Positions 39,400 to 51,246 of a stretch of 64,000 nucleotides of DNA are shown here, one piece after another. The DNA is taken from NCBI GenBank assembly GCA_030390025.1, contig CM059429.1, forward strand, positions 96,906,001-96,970,000. The letters are read 5' to 3'. The notes beneath the pieces were generated by a model. That model saw nothing but the letters and a program-made list of their open reading frames with translations. It made no database searches and was not told the origin of the DNA. The stretch's first letter is position 1; each line of letters starts with the position of its first letter. Made by a program: the position numbers and the translations under genes. This stretch comes from Squalus acanthias. Its lineage: Eukaryota.

Positions 39400-41160
39400 T
39401 TTCAAAAAAAGGTCATGCATAACCAGCCTTATTGAATTCTTTGAGGCAGTACAGAAAGATTGTGAAGGGGTTGGATCGGGTGGATGCGGGGAGGATGTTC
39501 CCGATGACGGGTGAGACGAGAACTAGGGGGACATAGTCTTAGAATAAGGGGCTGCTCTTTCAAAACTGAGATGAGGAGGAACTACTTCACTCAGAGGGTG
39601 GTAGGTCCATGGAATATGCTGCCACAAAAAGCTGTAGAAGCTACAACATTAATTAAATTTAAAACAGAAATAGACAGTTTCCTAGAAGTAAAGGGCATTA
39701 AGGGTTACGGGGAGCGGGCAGGAATTTGGACATGAGTCTAGGTTCGGATCGGTCATGGCCCTGTGGGTAGTGGAGCGGGCCCAGGGACTGTGTAGCCTGA
39801 TTCTGCTCCTATTTCGTGTGTGCAATTCTGTTAGATGCAGGAGATGGTTCTGTGATAGATAGTAGATTGGCGGTTAGGATCAGATCAGCCATGATCTTAT
39901 TGAATGGCGGAGCAGGCTCGAGGGGGCCGATTGGCCTACTCCTGCTCCTATTTCTTATGTTCTTATGTTCTTATAGTAGACAAGGGTAATGCAGTAGATG
40001 TAATATATTTGGATTTTGTAATATATTTGGATTTTCAAAATAAGGTACCACACGGTAGACTCATGACGCAGGTCAGAGCATGTGGAGTCAGGGGACAAGT
40101 AACAGAATTGATTGCAAGCTGACTGCAGATCAGACAACAGAGAGTAGAGGTTAAAGGTAGCTACTCAGACTGGCAAAAGGTGGGAAGTGTGTCCAACTGG
40201 GATCAGTGCTGGGACCACTGTTATTCACAATTTACAGAAATGATTTGGATTCGGGAATTGGAAGTACAATTTCAAAATTTGCGGACGACACTAAATTGGG
40301 GGTATAGTTGATACTGAAGAAGATTAACAAAATACAAGAAGACATGAATAAACTTGCAGAATGGGCATGTAATTGACAAAGGAATTTCAATATAGATAAG
40401 TGTGAGGTGTTACATTTTGGTAGGAAGAATAAGGAGGCCACAGACTGCTTGGGTAATAAATGTCTAAATGGGGTAGAGGGGCAAAGTGATCCAGGGGTAC
40501 AGATACACAAATCACTAAAAGTAGCGACACAGGTTAATAAGGCCATAAAAAAGCAAACCAAACACTAGGATTCATTTCCAGAGGGATAGCATTGAAAAGC
40601 AGAGAAGTTATGTTAAACTTATATGAAAGCTTGGGTAGACCCCACTTGGAGTACAGTGCATAGTTCTGGTCTCCATCTTATAAAAAAGGATATAGAGGCA
40701 CTGGAGAAGGTGCAAAAAATATTTACAAGGATGATACCAGAACTGAGAGGTTATACCTATCAGGAAAGACTGAACAGGCTGGGTCTCTTTTCTTTGAGAA
40801 GGCTGAGGAGTGAAGATTATAAAAGGGTTTGATAGGGTAGATAAAATGTTTCCAATTGTGGAGAAGTCCAAAACTAGAGGCCATCAATATAAGATAGTCA
40901 CCAATAAATCCAATAGGGAATTCAGGAGAAACTCCTTTACCCAGGGAGTGGTGAGAATGTGGAACTCGCAACCACAAGGAGCAGTTGAGGCAAATAGCAT
41001 AGATGCATTTAAGGGGAAGCTAGATAAACATGAGGGAGAAAAGAATAGGTTATGCTGATAGGGTTAGATGAAGAGGGAGGAGGCTCGTGTGGAGCATAAA
41101 CACCAGAAATAGACCAGTTGGGCCGAATAGTCTGTCTCTGTGCTGTAAATTCTATGTAAA
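39400..41160 (+). mobile_element. Degenerate CR1 LINE containing a young CR1 3' insertion (39457-39972)
   Basis: VDVIYLDF...KVPH and KFADD remnants; the insert is nearly identical to the reverse complement of 46401-46921. Confidence 0.9.
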
Positions 41161-42683
41161 AATGCAATGAGTACTTTTGACAGCTAGGATTTGAATATCC
41201 ATTGTGTCAGTACCGTATCCGCCCCTAGTGACACAACATGTTTTAGAAGGTTAGGATTGAGTTCCTATTAAGTGAGCCACTGCTAGTCCAGAATCTGACT
41301 GAAGTCCATTCTCAATTATGACCAGTACCTGAGAGGATAGTTTTAGCATTTCCCCCCAAAATTGACAGATTATGACAAGCAGAAGTTCTATCACAATTTT
41401 AAATCAAAGGAAAGTTTAGATATTTCTAATATCTATCGACGAAGTATGACTGAATGCTACATGTATGTCTCTGGGTGAGGTAGAATCCACATTCTGTAGG
41501 TGTAGCTCAAACATGCTTTGGGAGGAAAGCCAGGTTCACAGACAACATGGCTGCCCTGACATTATATGTTAACATGTCAATTGCAAAGACATTAGTATTG
41601 ATATCACCAGAAGCACTTCTTGAGAACCACATAATTACCAGTATTTTCATTCTAATTGATGATCAACTCTTCACTGTGGCTGGCTTGGAGACAGGTTTCT
41701 GATATGGAGGGCCCTGATGCTTTCAAATTTCACTTGACAGATCGCTCAGTCATCCAATGCTACCAATTCCAAAGGAAAAAATGGGGCAACCTTTCCCAGT
41801 TCTTCTCGTACCACTGTATGGTAGCCTGTGTGAGGGTGACATGCAGAGACTCCATGGTGGGTGAGACAAGACCCCCCCCGCACCCCGCCGCCAACCATAT
41901 AAGTTTAATTTTACACCATTGGTCTCGCTTTTGTACTAGGAGAGTTAGTGAAATGCTGCACATTTTGTAATTTTTGTATACCCGAGGAGGTCTAAATTAG
42001 AAATCATGGAACCTGCAGTGAAATTTGCCATATTAAATTTATGCTACTGTTTAACTTTTATCTTTGATAATGGGACGTTTTACTACATTATAGGCGCTAT
42101 ATAAATGCAAGTTGGTAATAAATGTGATTTGTAGCTTATAGCTGAAGGCTATATTAAAACCAGGAGAACACAAAAGGACTTGTCCATTCAGTAAGCTATT
42201 ACAGTAACAGGGATTTTCTTCAACCCTGGGAGAATTGGTACAAGACACATATTGTGAGTATAAAGTTATATTCTGGTGCATAGGGATCAAAGACTTGGTC
42301 TATGGCACTAAACACAAGAGAAATATCTGAAGTGAAGTCTTGACATAAAAAGGGTCTACATTTAGGGTAAACATGTGTATGAGTACCAATGACAACACAT
42401 CCAGCATATATTCCATGTAAAAAGCCATGCCAGCAACAGGCTACAGGTTTTGGTAGGCACTTCAAGAAGCATAAATAAGGACCACACAAGTACATTTTTA
42501 AATCAGTCTACTAACCCTTATAAGGGGCCTTTTGTACAAAAGCTCCTGATATATTTAGGCCACACAGTGAAAAACAATATGGGTTCAGAATCAGTACAAT
42601 AAATTTTCAGCCAGTCCAACCCATACACTCCTTACAGAACAAAAAACCTCGTCTGAAGAGACACAGCAAACGATGGTTCGCCA

Positions 42684-42910
42684 TTACCAATCCTTGCTAA
42701 AGTACTCAACCCCATATCCTATGCATATTCCTGCCACACAGAAGAGAGAGACAACAAGAGAAAACAAAGCAATGGAATGTGAAGTCTTCCCACTGTTCTG
42801 TTTCCGGTAAAGTGAGCTAATTTTTGTGGAGATTTGAGAGAGAAAGCTGCGAGCGGAGGAATACTGGCCATCTTGGATGCTCACTCTACAGATATTAAAT
42901 TTGTGAAGGG
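42684..42910 (-). CDS. Candidate terminal coding exon of an unidentified gene with a C-terminal transmembrane segment
   Basis: gttctttcag acceptor, then open frame (A)LHKFNICRVSIQDGQYSSARSFLSQISTKISSLYRKQNSGKTSHSIALFSLVVSLFCVAGICIGYGVEYFSKDW-stop in non-repeat DNA. Family not recognised. Confidence 0.4.
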
Positions 42911-43846
42911 CTGAAAGAACAACCATCCAACCTGATGGTGAATTGTACAATACCACCAAGACAGAGAAGAGAAGAAAGACACAGGGATCATAATTTAATG
43001 GGGAATGGGAAGCAGAATCAAAAAGACACTGGTTAACAATTGCAGCACTTGTTCACAAAAGGATGAGTATAGTTCCCAAGTAAATTTAATAACATCCAAT
43101 ATGCTAACGGAATGTACATTTATAATTGGCTAATTGTAGTTTTCTGCTACACAGCGACCATTTTTGTGGACAGTGCAGTTCAGAGATTTCAGGTCATACT
43201 AAGTGTATCAGAATGAGTATTTTTAAGACTTGAATAAGAGACAGCAACAAATAGCTAAAGATTGCTAGTATCCCATTGTAATTATTTGTAACTAGCTGGA
43301 TCCTACAATAATGTATCCAGAACATTATATATTCTATAGTTACTATTGTTTTTCCCTCAACCCCAAAGAAACAGCTGGAATAGCTCACAGCATAATCAGT
43401 GGAGGAGGCAAAGCTGTGGAGTGATTGGTAAAGAAGGTGAGGATTTTGTTTTCAATTTATTAAGGGGGCAAAGGAGCGAATAGAGATCAGCGAGGCAGGG
43501 GTGATGTGCGAGCAGGTCCTAGTGCAGGTCAGGATATAGGCGATAAGAGTTTTGGATGAGATGCGGTTTATATAGACTGTGCAAGACCAGCAAGTGCAGC
43601 ATTAGTGAAGTGAAGCCTAAAGGCAATGGATATGTGTATAAGGGTGTCAGTGGCAACATTGAGATGTGGGAGGAGCAATATTTTTTTCAATGAACATGGT
43701 TGTGTGATTAAGTTGTATATTATGAGGCTTTTCCTTTTCACATTTTAGAAATGACAGAAGAAAAATAGAAAGTGTAAAGGTGATGAGGGTTAGTAAATTT
43801 AAAAAAAATTGAAGAGTAGACGTAATGGAACATTTCATGCACTCAC

Positions 43847-43921
43847 CGTCAACATTAAGAGCTTCCAGATCATGTGTAGAGCAGTCAGTCACAAGGTTTC
43901 CACTAGTCTGCCCCAATTTGC
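43847..43921 (-). CDS. Candidate internal exon, phase-compatible with the 42910 exon
   Basis: Strong donor G|GTGAGT at 43846. Open frame KLGQTSGNLVTDCSTHDLEALNVD ends in phase 1 and joins 42910 in frame. Acceptor is weak (atcaag); an alternative acceptor at 44002 gives stops. Confidence 0.3.
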
Positions 43922-44168
43922 CTTGATATCAACATAGAAAAGATCATCGCCACTGTACCAATTTGACATTTCCATTTCCCACACCAGCCATCCATATGGT
44001 TTCTGCAAATTTGAATGCCAATTTATTGTCATATATGGGGCAGTTTTGTTCTATGGACCTACCCCAAGAAGGCCCTGGGTTGAGACTGTCCAAATATATT
44101 TCATGCAAGACCATGACAGGCAGCACTGTGAGAAGACTTTTGTTTCATCAATCTGGTCTGGACCCAAA

Positions 44169-44255
44169 CGGTAGCGTAGTGGTAATGTCACTGTAATAGT
44201 AATCCAGAGGCCTGGACTAATGGTCCAGAAGACGTGAGTTCAAATCCCACCATGG
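44169..44255 (+). promoter_or_regulatory. tRNA-derived Pol III internal promoter (A and B boxes) at the 5' end of the LINE
   Basis: TAGCGTAGTGG (A box) and GTTCAAATC (B box) separated by an anticodon-arm-like segment and an extra hairpin CTGGACTAATGGTCCAG. Confidence 0.8.
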
Positions 44256-46400
44256 CAGCTGGGGAATTTAAATTCAGTTAATTAAATAAATCTGGAATAA
44301 AAAGCTAGTATCGGTAATGGTAACCATGAAACTATTGGATTGTCGTAAAAACCCATCTGGTTCACTAATATCCTTTAGGGGAGGAAATCTGCCGTCCTTA
44401 CCTGGTCTGGCCTATATGTGACTCCAGACCCACAGCAATGTGGTTGACTCTTAAATGCCCTCTGAAATGGCCCAGCAAGCCACTCAGTTGTAACAAACCT
44501 GCAACGAAACACATTAATAAGAATGAAACCGGATGGACCACCCAGCATCGACCTCGGCACCGGCTACGGACACGACAACGGCACACCCAGCCCAGTCGAC
44601 CCTGCAAAAGTCCTCCTCACCAACATCTGGGGACTTGTCCCAAAATTGGGAGAGCTGTCCCACAGACTAGTCAAGCAACAGCCTGACATAGTCATACTCA
44701 CAGAATCATACCTTTCAGCCAATGTCCCAAACTCCTTCATCACCATATGTCCTGTCCCACCGGCAGGACAGACCCACCAGGGGTGGAGGCACAGTGGTAT
44801 ACAGTTGGAAAGGAGTGGCCCTGGGAGTCCTCAACATTGACTCCGGATCCCATGAAGTTTCATGGCTTCAGGTCAAGCATGGGAAAGGAAACCTCCTGCT
44901 AATTACCACCTACCGCCCTCCCTCAGCTGATGAATCAGTGCTCCTCCATGTTGAACACCACTTGGAAGAAGCACTGACACTAGTAAGGGCACAGAATGTA
45001 CTCTGGGTGGGGGACTTCAATGTCCATCACCAAAAGTGGCTCGGTAGCACCACTACTGACTGAGCTGGCCGAGTCCTGAAGGACATAACTGCCAGTCTGG
45101 GCCTGCGACAGGTGGTGAGAGAACCAACACGAGGGAAAAACCTACTTGACCTCGTCCTCACCAATCGACCTGTCGCAGATGCATTTGTCCATGGCAGTAT
45201 TGGTAGCAGTGACCACCGCACAGTCATTGCGGAGACGAAGGCCCGTCTTCACACTGAGGACACCCTTAAATGGGATAGATTCAGAACGGATCTAGCAGCT
45301 CAAAACTGGGCAGCCATGAGGTGCTGTGGGCCATCAGCAGCAGAATTGTATTCCACCACAATCTGTAACCTCATGGCCCAGCATATCCCTCACTCTACCA
45401 TTACCATCAAGCCAGGGGACCAACCCTGGCTCAATAAGGAGTGTACAGGAGCAGCACCAGGCATACCTAAAAATGAGGTGCCAACCTGGGGAAGTTGCAA
45501 CACAGGACTACATGCATGCTAAAAAGTGAAAGCAGCATGCTATAGACAGGGCTAAGCGATCCCACAATCAACGGATCAGATCAAAGCTCTGCCACATCCA
45601 GTCGTGAATGGTGGTGGACCATTAAACAACTAACAGGATGGAGGAGGCTCCATGAATATCCCCATCCTGAATGATGGTGGAGCCCAGCACGTGAGTGCAA
45701 TAGACAAGGCTGAAGCGTTTGCAGCCAGAAGTGCAGAGTGGATGATCCATATTGGCCTACTCCTGAGGTCCCCACCATCACAGAAGCCAGTCTGCAGCCA
45801 ATTCGATTCACTCCACGTGATATCAAGAAACAGCTGAGCGCACTGGATACAGCAAAAGCTATGGGCCCCGACAACATCCCGGCTAGCGTGCTGAAGACTT
45901 GTGCTCCAGAACCAGCCGCGCCTCTAGCCAAGCTGTTCCAGTATAGCTACAACACTGGCATCTATCTGACAATGTGGAAAACGGCCCAGGTATGTCCTGT
46001 CCACAAAAAGCAGGACAAATCGAACCCGGCCAATTACCGCCCCATCAGTCTACTCTCAATCATCAGCAAAGTGATGGAAGGTGTCATCGACAGTGCTATC
46101 TTACTTAGCAATAACCTGCTCACTGATGCCCAGTTTGGGTTCTGCTAAGACCACTCGGCTCCCGACCTCATTACAGCCTTGGTCCAGACATGGAAAAAGG
46201 AGCTGAATTCCAGAGGAGAGGTGAGAGTGACTGCCCTTGACATCAAGGCAGCATTTGACTGAGTGTGGCATCAAGGAGCCCCAGTAAAACTGAAGTCAAT
46301 GGGAATCGAGGGGGGAAACGCTCCACTGACTGGAGTCATACCTAGCACAAAGGAAGATGGTTGTGGTGGTTGAAGGTCAATCATCACAGCTCCAGGACAT

Positions 46401-48015
46401 AAGAACATAAGAACATAAGAACATAAGAAATAGGAGCAGGAGTAGGCCAATCGGCCCCTCGAGCCTGCTCCGCCATTCAATAAGATCATGGCTGATCTGA
46501 TCCTAACCGCCAATCTACTATCTATCACAGAACCATCTCCTGCATCTAACAGAATTGCACACACGAAATAGGAGCAGAATCAGGCTACACAGTCCCTGGG
46601 CCCGCTCCACTACCCACAGGGCCATGACCGATCCGAACCTAGACTCATGTCCAAATTCCTGCCCGCTCCCCGTAACCCTTAATGCCCTTTACTTCTAGGA
46701 AACTGTCTATTTCTGTTTTAAATTTAATTAATGTTGTAGCTTCTACAGCTTTTTGTGGCAGCATATTCCATGGACCTACCACCCTCTGAGTGAAGTAGTT
46801 CCTCCTCATCTCAGTTTTGAAAGAGCAGCCCCTTATTCTAAGACTATGTCCCCTAGTTCTCGTCTCACCCGTCATCGGGAACATCCTCCCCGCATCCACC
46901 CGATCCAACCCCTTCACAATCTTATATGTTTCAATAAGATCGCCTCTCATTCTTCTGAACTCCAATGAGTAGAGTCCCAATCTACCCAACCTCTCCTCAT
47001 ATGACCACCCCCTCATCCCCGGGATTAACCGAGTGAACCTTTTTTGCACTGCCTCGAGAGCAAGGATGTCTTTCCTTAAGTAAGGACACCAAAACTGTAT
47101 GCAGTATTCCAGGTGCGGTCTCACCAATACCTTGTACAACTGAAGCAATACCTCCCTATTTTTATATTCTATCCCCCTAGCAATGAAAGCCAACATTCCA
47201 TTTGCCTTCTTAATCACTTGCTGCACCTGCATACTAACCTTTTGAGTTTCGTGCACCAGGACCCCCAGATCCCTTTGCACTTCAGTACTCTCCAGTTTCT
47301 TGCCATTAAGATAATAAATTGCTCTCGGATTTTTCCTGCCAAAGTGCATCACCTCACACTTTCCAGTGTTGTATTCCATCTGCCAAATCTCTGCCCACTT
47401 ACTTAGCCTGTCTATGTCCCCTTGCAGGTTTTTTATGTCCTCCTCACTCACTACTTTCCCTCCCATCTTTGTATCATCTGCAAATTTTGATATGTTACAC
47501 TTGGTCCCTTCCTCCAAATCGTTAATATAGATTGTGAAGAGTTGGGGACCCAGCACTGACCCCTGTGGAACACCACTAGTTACTGATTGCCAGTCTGAGA
47601 ATGAACCATTTATCCCAACTCTTTGCTTTCTGTTAGATAGCCAATCCTCTATCCATGCCAGAATATTACCCCCAATCCCGTGATTTTTTACCTTAAGCAA
47701 TAATCTTTTGTGTGGCACCTTGTCAAATGCCTTTTGGAAGTCTAAATACACTACGTCCACTGGTTCCCCTTTATCCACTCTATATGTTACTTCCTCAAAG
47801 AACTCCAGCAAATTTGTCAAACATGACTTCCCCTTCGTAAAACCATGCTGACTTTGTCCTATTAAATTATGATTATCCAAATGTCCTGTTACTGTTTCCT
47901 TAATAATGGACTCCAAAATTTTACCTACCACAGATGTTAGGCTAACCGGTCTATAGTTACCAGCCTTCTGTCTACTGCCCTTTTTAAATAAGGGTGTTAC
48001 ATTAGCAGTTTTCCA
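46401..48015 (-). mobile_element. Young 5'-truncated CR1 LINE with an uninterrupted RT ORF
   Basis: 428-aa open frame 46645..47931 (YLDFQKAFDKVPH, GVPQGSVLGP, KFADD). (TTCTTATG)n tail. Flanked by GACAT on both sides. Confidence 0.95.
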
Positions 48016-49810
48016 GACATCGCTGCAGGAGTTCCTCAGGGCAGTGTTCTAGGCCCAACCATCTTCAGCTGCTTCATCAATGACCTTCCCTCCAACATAA
48101 GGTCAGAAATGGGGATGTTCGCTGATGATTGCACAGTGTTCAGTGCCATTCACAACTCCTCAGATAATGAAGCAGTCCATGCCCGAATGCAACAAGACCT
48201 GGACGACGTTCAGGCTTGGGCTGATAAGTGGCAGGTAACATTCGCGCCACAGAAGTGCCAGGCAATGACTATCTCTAACAAGCGAGAGTCTAGCCACCTC
48301 CCCATGACATTCAATGGCATTACCATCGCCGAATCCCCCACCATCAACATCCTGGGGGTCACCATTGACCAGAAACTTAACTGGGCCAGCCACATAAATA
48401 CTGTGGCAACAAGAGCAGGTCAGAGGCTAGGTATTCTGCGGCGAGTGTCTCATCTCCTGATTCCCCAAAGCCTTTCCACCATCTACAAGGCAGAAGTAAG
48501 GAGTGTGATGGAATACTCTCCACTTGCCTGGATGAGTGCAGCTCCAACAAAACTCAAGAAGCTCGACACCATCCAAGACAAAGCAGCCCGCTTGATTGGC
48601 ACCCCCTCTACCACCTCAAACATTCACTCCCTCCACCACCGGCGTACTGTGGCTTCAGTGTGTACCATCTACAAGATGCACTGCAGCAACTCGCCAAGGC
48701 TTCTTTGGCAGCACCTCCCAAACCCGCGACCTCTTCCACCTAGAAGGACAAGGGCAGCAGGTGCATGGGAACAACACCACCTCCAAGTTCCCCTCCAAGT
48801 CACACACCATCCTGACTTAGAAGTATATCGCCGATCCTTCATCGTCGCTGGGTCAAAATCCTGGAACTCCCTGCCTAATAGCACTGTGGGAGTACCTTCA
48901 CCACACAGACTGCAGCGGTTCAAGAAGGTGGCTTACCACCACCTTCTCAAGGGCAATTAGGGATGGGCAATAAATGCTGGCCTTGCCAGCAACGCCCACA
49001 ACCCATAAAAGAATTTTTTAAAAACCATGACCCAAAAGTGAAAGGATTTTATTCTAACCCCCTGCTTCACCCAGTTCCTTCAATAGAAAGTTCAAGGTCG
49101 TGCAGTTGTTTTTGTTGGGGTGGGGTGGGGTTGGAGGAGGAGGAAGCCGCCACAATTGTTCCAGAAGTTGATCATTGGGCTTTCCGTCAGAGGTTGCAAG
49201 TCCAACTCCCAGCTCTGACTGAAAATATCTGCAATCAGGAACCAACCTTTGCTAGTTTTAGCTTATTATCACACAAAAATTTTTCCATTTGTCATACTTA
49301 TAATCGAGAGTTTTCTTTTACTTACTTGGCATTATCACATGTAGTAGTATGACTGTCCATCTGTTTATCTGCCTCAGTCAAGGAAGATTGAAAGTTGTAG
49401 CCTATCCAAGTGAGGTTGTGTGTTGTGAGCCAAACGTCTGCAAGTCAAAATCTTTTCATGAGAGCACTGCTGGATAAAAAAAACATTCATTCCCCATCAC
49501 TAATGTCCCAAGCTTTGATGAGCACAAACAATTTTTTTTCTAATTTGTGGTAAATTCACATAACTGTAAAATTTTGTGAGATAAAACAGTGTTTCAGCAG
49601 ACTATGTAACTGTATACATAAATTCAACAATCAAAACATTCTTTTAAGTAGAGTCAGCTTTTTCAGAGTAGATATTTCTGAACTACTTATATGTTGTCTA
49701 TTTACTAAGGAATTTATGCAATTAATTCAAGAAAAGCTAGAGAGAGATAAACTAATAATGCATCAGTCAGTAAATGACAAGATTCTCAGGAATACTAAAT
49801 CATCCGTAAT

Positions 49811-50549
49811 GGCCCGTATTTTCCGATTGGAGGCTTCCTGCGTGCGGATGCCTCCAATCTGGATAAAATCTACGTCCTTACCGGAGGGCTCCAGAGGTCC
49901 GGCCATTTCCGCTCCTGGGCCTCTCCACGACGAAATGCGCAGGGCCCAGGTATCCCAGGGGTGCAGGCGGTTCACAAACGTCCCTGGGATCACGTGGGCC
50001 ATGGGGAGCCAATGGGAGAAGGGAATCCCCCTTCATACTTTTGACAGATAGACCTGCCAAATATATGAATGGAGATCACTCCAAAAACACATCAAAACAT
50101 TAAAGAATTTTTTTTTTAAATCACGTTTTTTAAAATTAGTTAAAATTACATTAAATTAAATATATTCAACAAAAATTAAATTTTTGGGGAAAAAAAATCA
50201 AGTTTTTTACAGGGCTAAAAATAAACTTACCTTTTTTAAAAGTATTTTTAAATTATAAATGAGTTGAAAAAAAATGTAAAATTTTTTTTTTAAACTCTTT
50301 TGCTGGTAAAAGCAGGCGTAAGATTTTTAAGGGTTTTCAGCGGGCGGAGGTTCTGCAGAAAGCGGAACTCTCCACCCCGCAGAGGCCCTTCTCCAGGGCA
50401 GGCGGAGGATCTGTCAAGAGCATTCTTGACAGATCGGAAGTGCCGGTTTTCAGCGCATGCACTTCGCGTGCCTGAAACCGGCACTTGCGAGGCCCCTACG
50501 GGTGTGTACACAGCTCGTACACACCCGTGAGGATCGGAAAATATGGGCT
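49811..50549 (+). mobile_element. PIF/Harbinger-type MITE
   Basis: TIR GGCCCGTATTTTCCGAT / ATCGGAAAATATGGGCT; 3-bp TSD AAT; AT-rich core. Confidence 0.85.
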
Positions 50550-50768
50550 AATGTCTCTCAGTGACAGAATCTGCAGGATGGGGTGGGTCAGACAGAAACA
50601 ATCACTACAAAAGTAAATATTCCAGAGTAAAAGCAACGTTTTAATGTGTCATAAATCTAAACGCTACACAGATTCTTATTATAACTTTTTTTACATAATC
50701 ATTTCAAGTAAGTTTTTATCATGAAAATTTGCAGCTTTAACTGCTGTGGTTAAGCTCACCTTAGATAT

Positions 50769-51027
50769 ACATACTGTAACAAAATGCCATTGTAGCATAC
50801 CCATTTTAAGTCCAAATTTCTCAGTGGCAGAGCACCATCTTGTGATTCATTCAAAGCTGTCAGTTGTACACATGTGCCGATTTCATAATTCAGTAAAACA
50901 TACTGTAACAAAATGCCATTGTAGCATACCCATTTTAAGTCCAAATTTCTCAGTGGCAGAGCACCATCTTGTGATTCATTCAAAGCTGTCAGTTGTACAC
51001 ATGTGCCGATTTCATAATTCAGTAAAA
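50769..51027. repeat. Perfect 129-bp tandem duplication
   Basis: Unit acatactgtaacaaaatgcc...cataattcagtaaa occurs twice (visible as a 43-aa repeat in ORF 50746..51048). Confidence 0.95.
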
Positions 51028-51049
51028 TGCTTCATACAGAAGCTCTAAT

Positions 51050-51205
51050 ATTGCCTTTATCATTGGCCCCCACCCTTTTTCTGGCTCTGCACTTGCTTAA
51101 AAGCTGTTAAATCTCTAACATCTTCCAGTTCTGATGAAAGGTCATCGACCTGAAACGCTAACTCTTTCAGATTTCCAGCATCCACAGTTCTTTCCTTTTG
51201 TTTTC
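51050..51205 (+). mobile_element. Penelope family-B fragment with hammerhead motif (51127-51163)
   Basis: AGTT-CTGATGA-aaggtcatcgacct-GAAACGCT-AACT. Confidence 0.7.
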
Positions 51206-51246
51206 TAATGATTCATTTTGTTGGTTTTGATTTTTTTTTAAATGAT

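Larger units (their letters stand above)
44169..49019 (+). mobile_element. Near full-length single-ORF non-LTR retrotransposon (APE endonuclease + RT, degenerate) with a tRNA-like 5' head, interrupted by a CR1 at 46401-48015
   Basis: ATG at 44523. APE motifs (TNIWGL, PDIVILTES, GGGTVVY, GDFNVHH, LDLVLTN, SDH) and RT motifs (KAMGPDNIP, NYRPISLLS, GVPQGSVLGP, FADD), stop at 48960, with several frameshifts and stops. A box 44172-44182, B box 44238-44246. Possible TSD GACCCAAA (44161 / 49029). Confidence 0.92.

Noticed and set aside
44169-44255. Functional tRNA gene
   Set aside because: Incomplete acceptor stem, extra hairpin, no downstream terminator; it is a retroelement head. The same applies to the SINE heads at 14590 and 24534.
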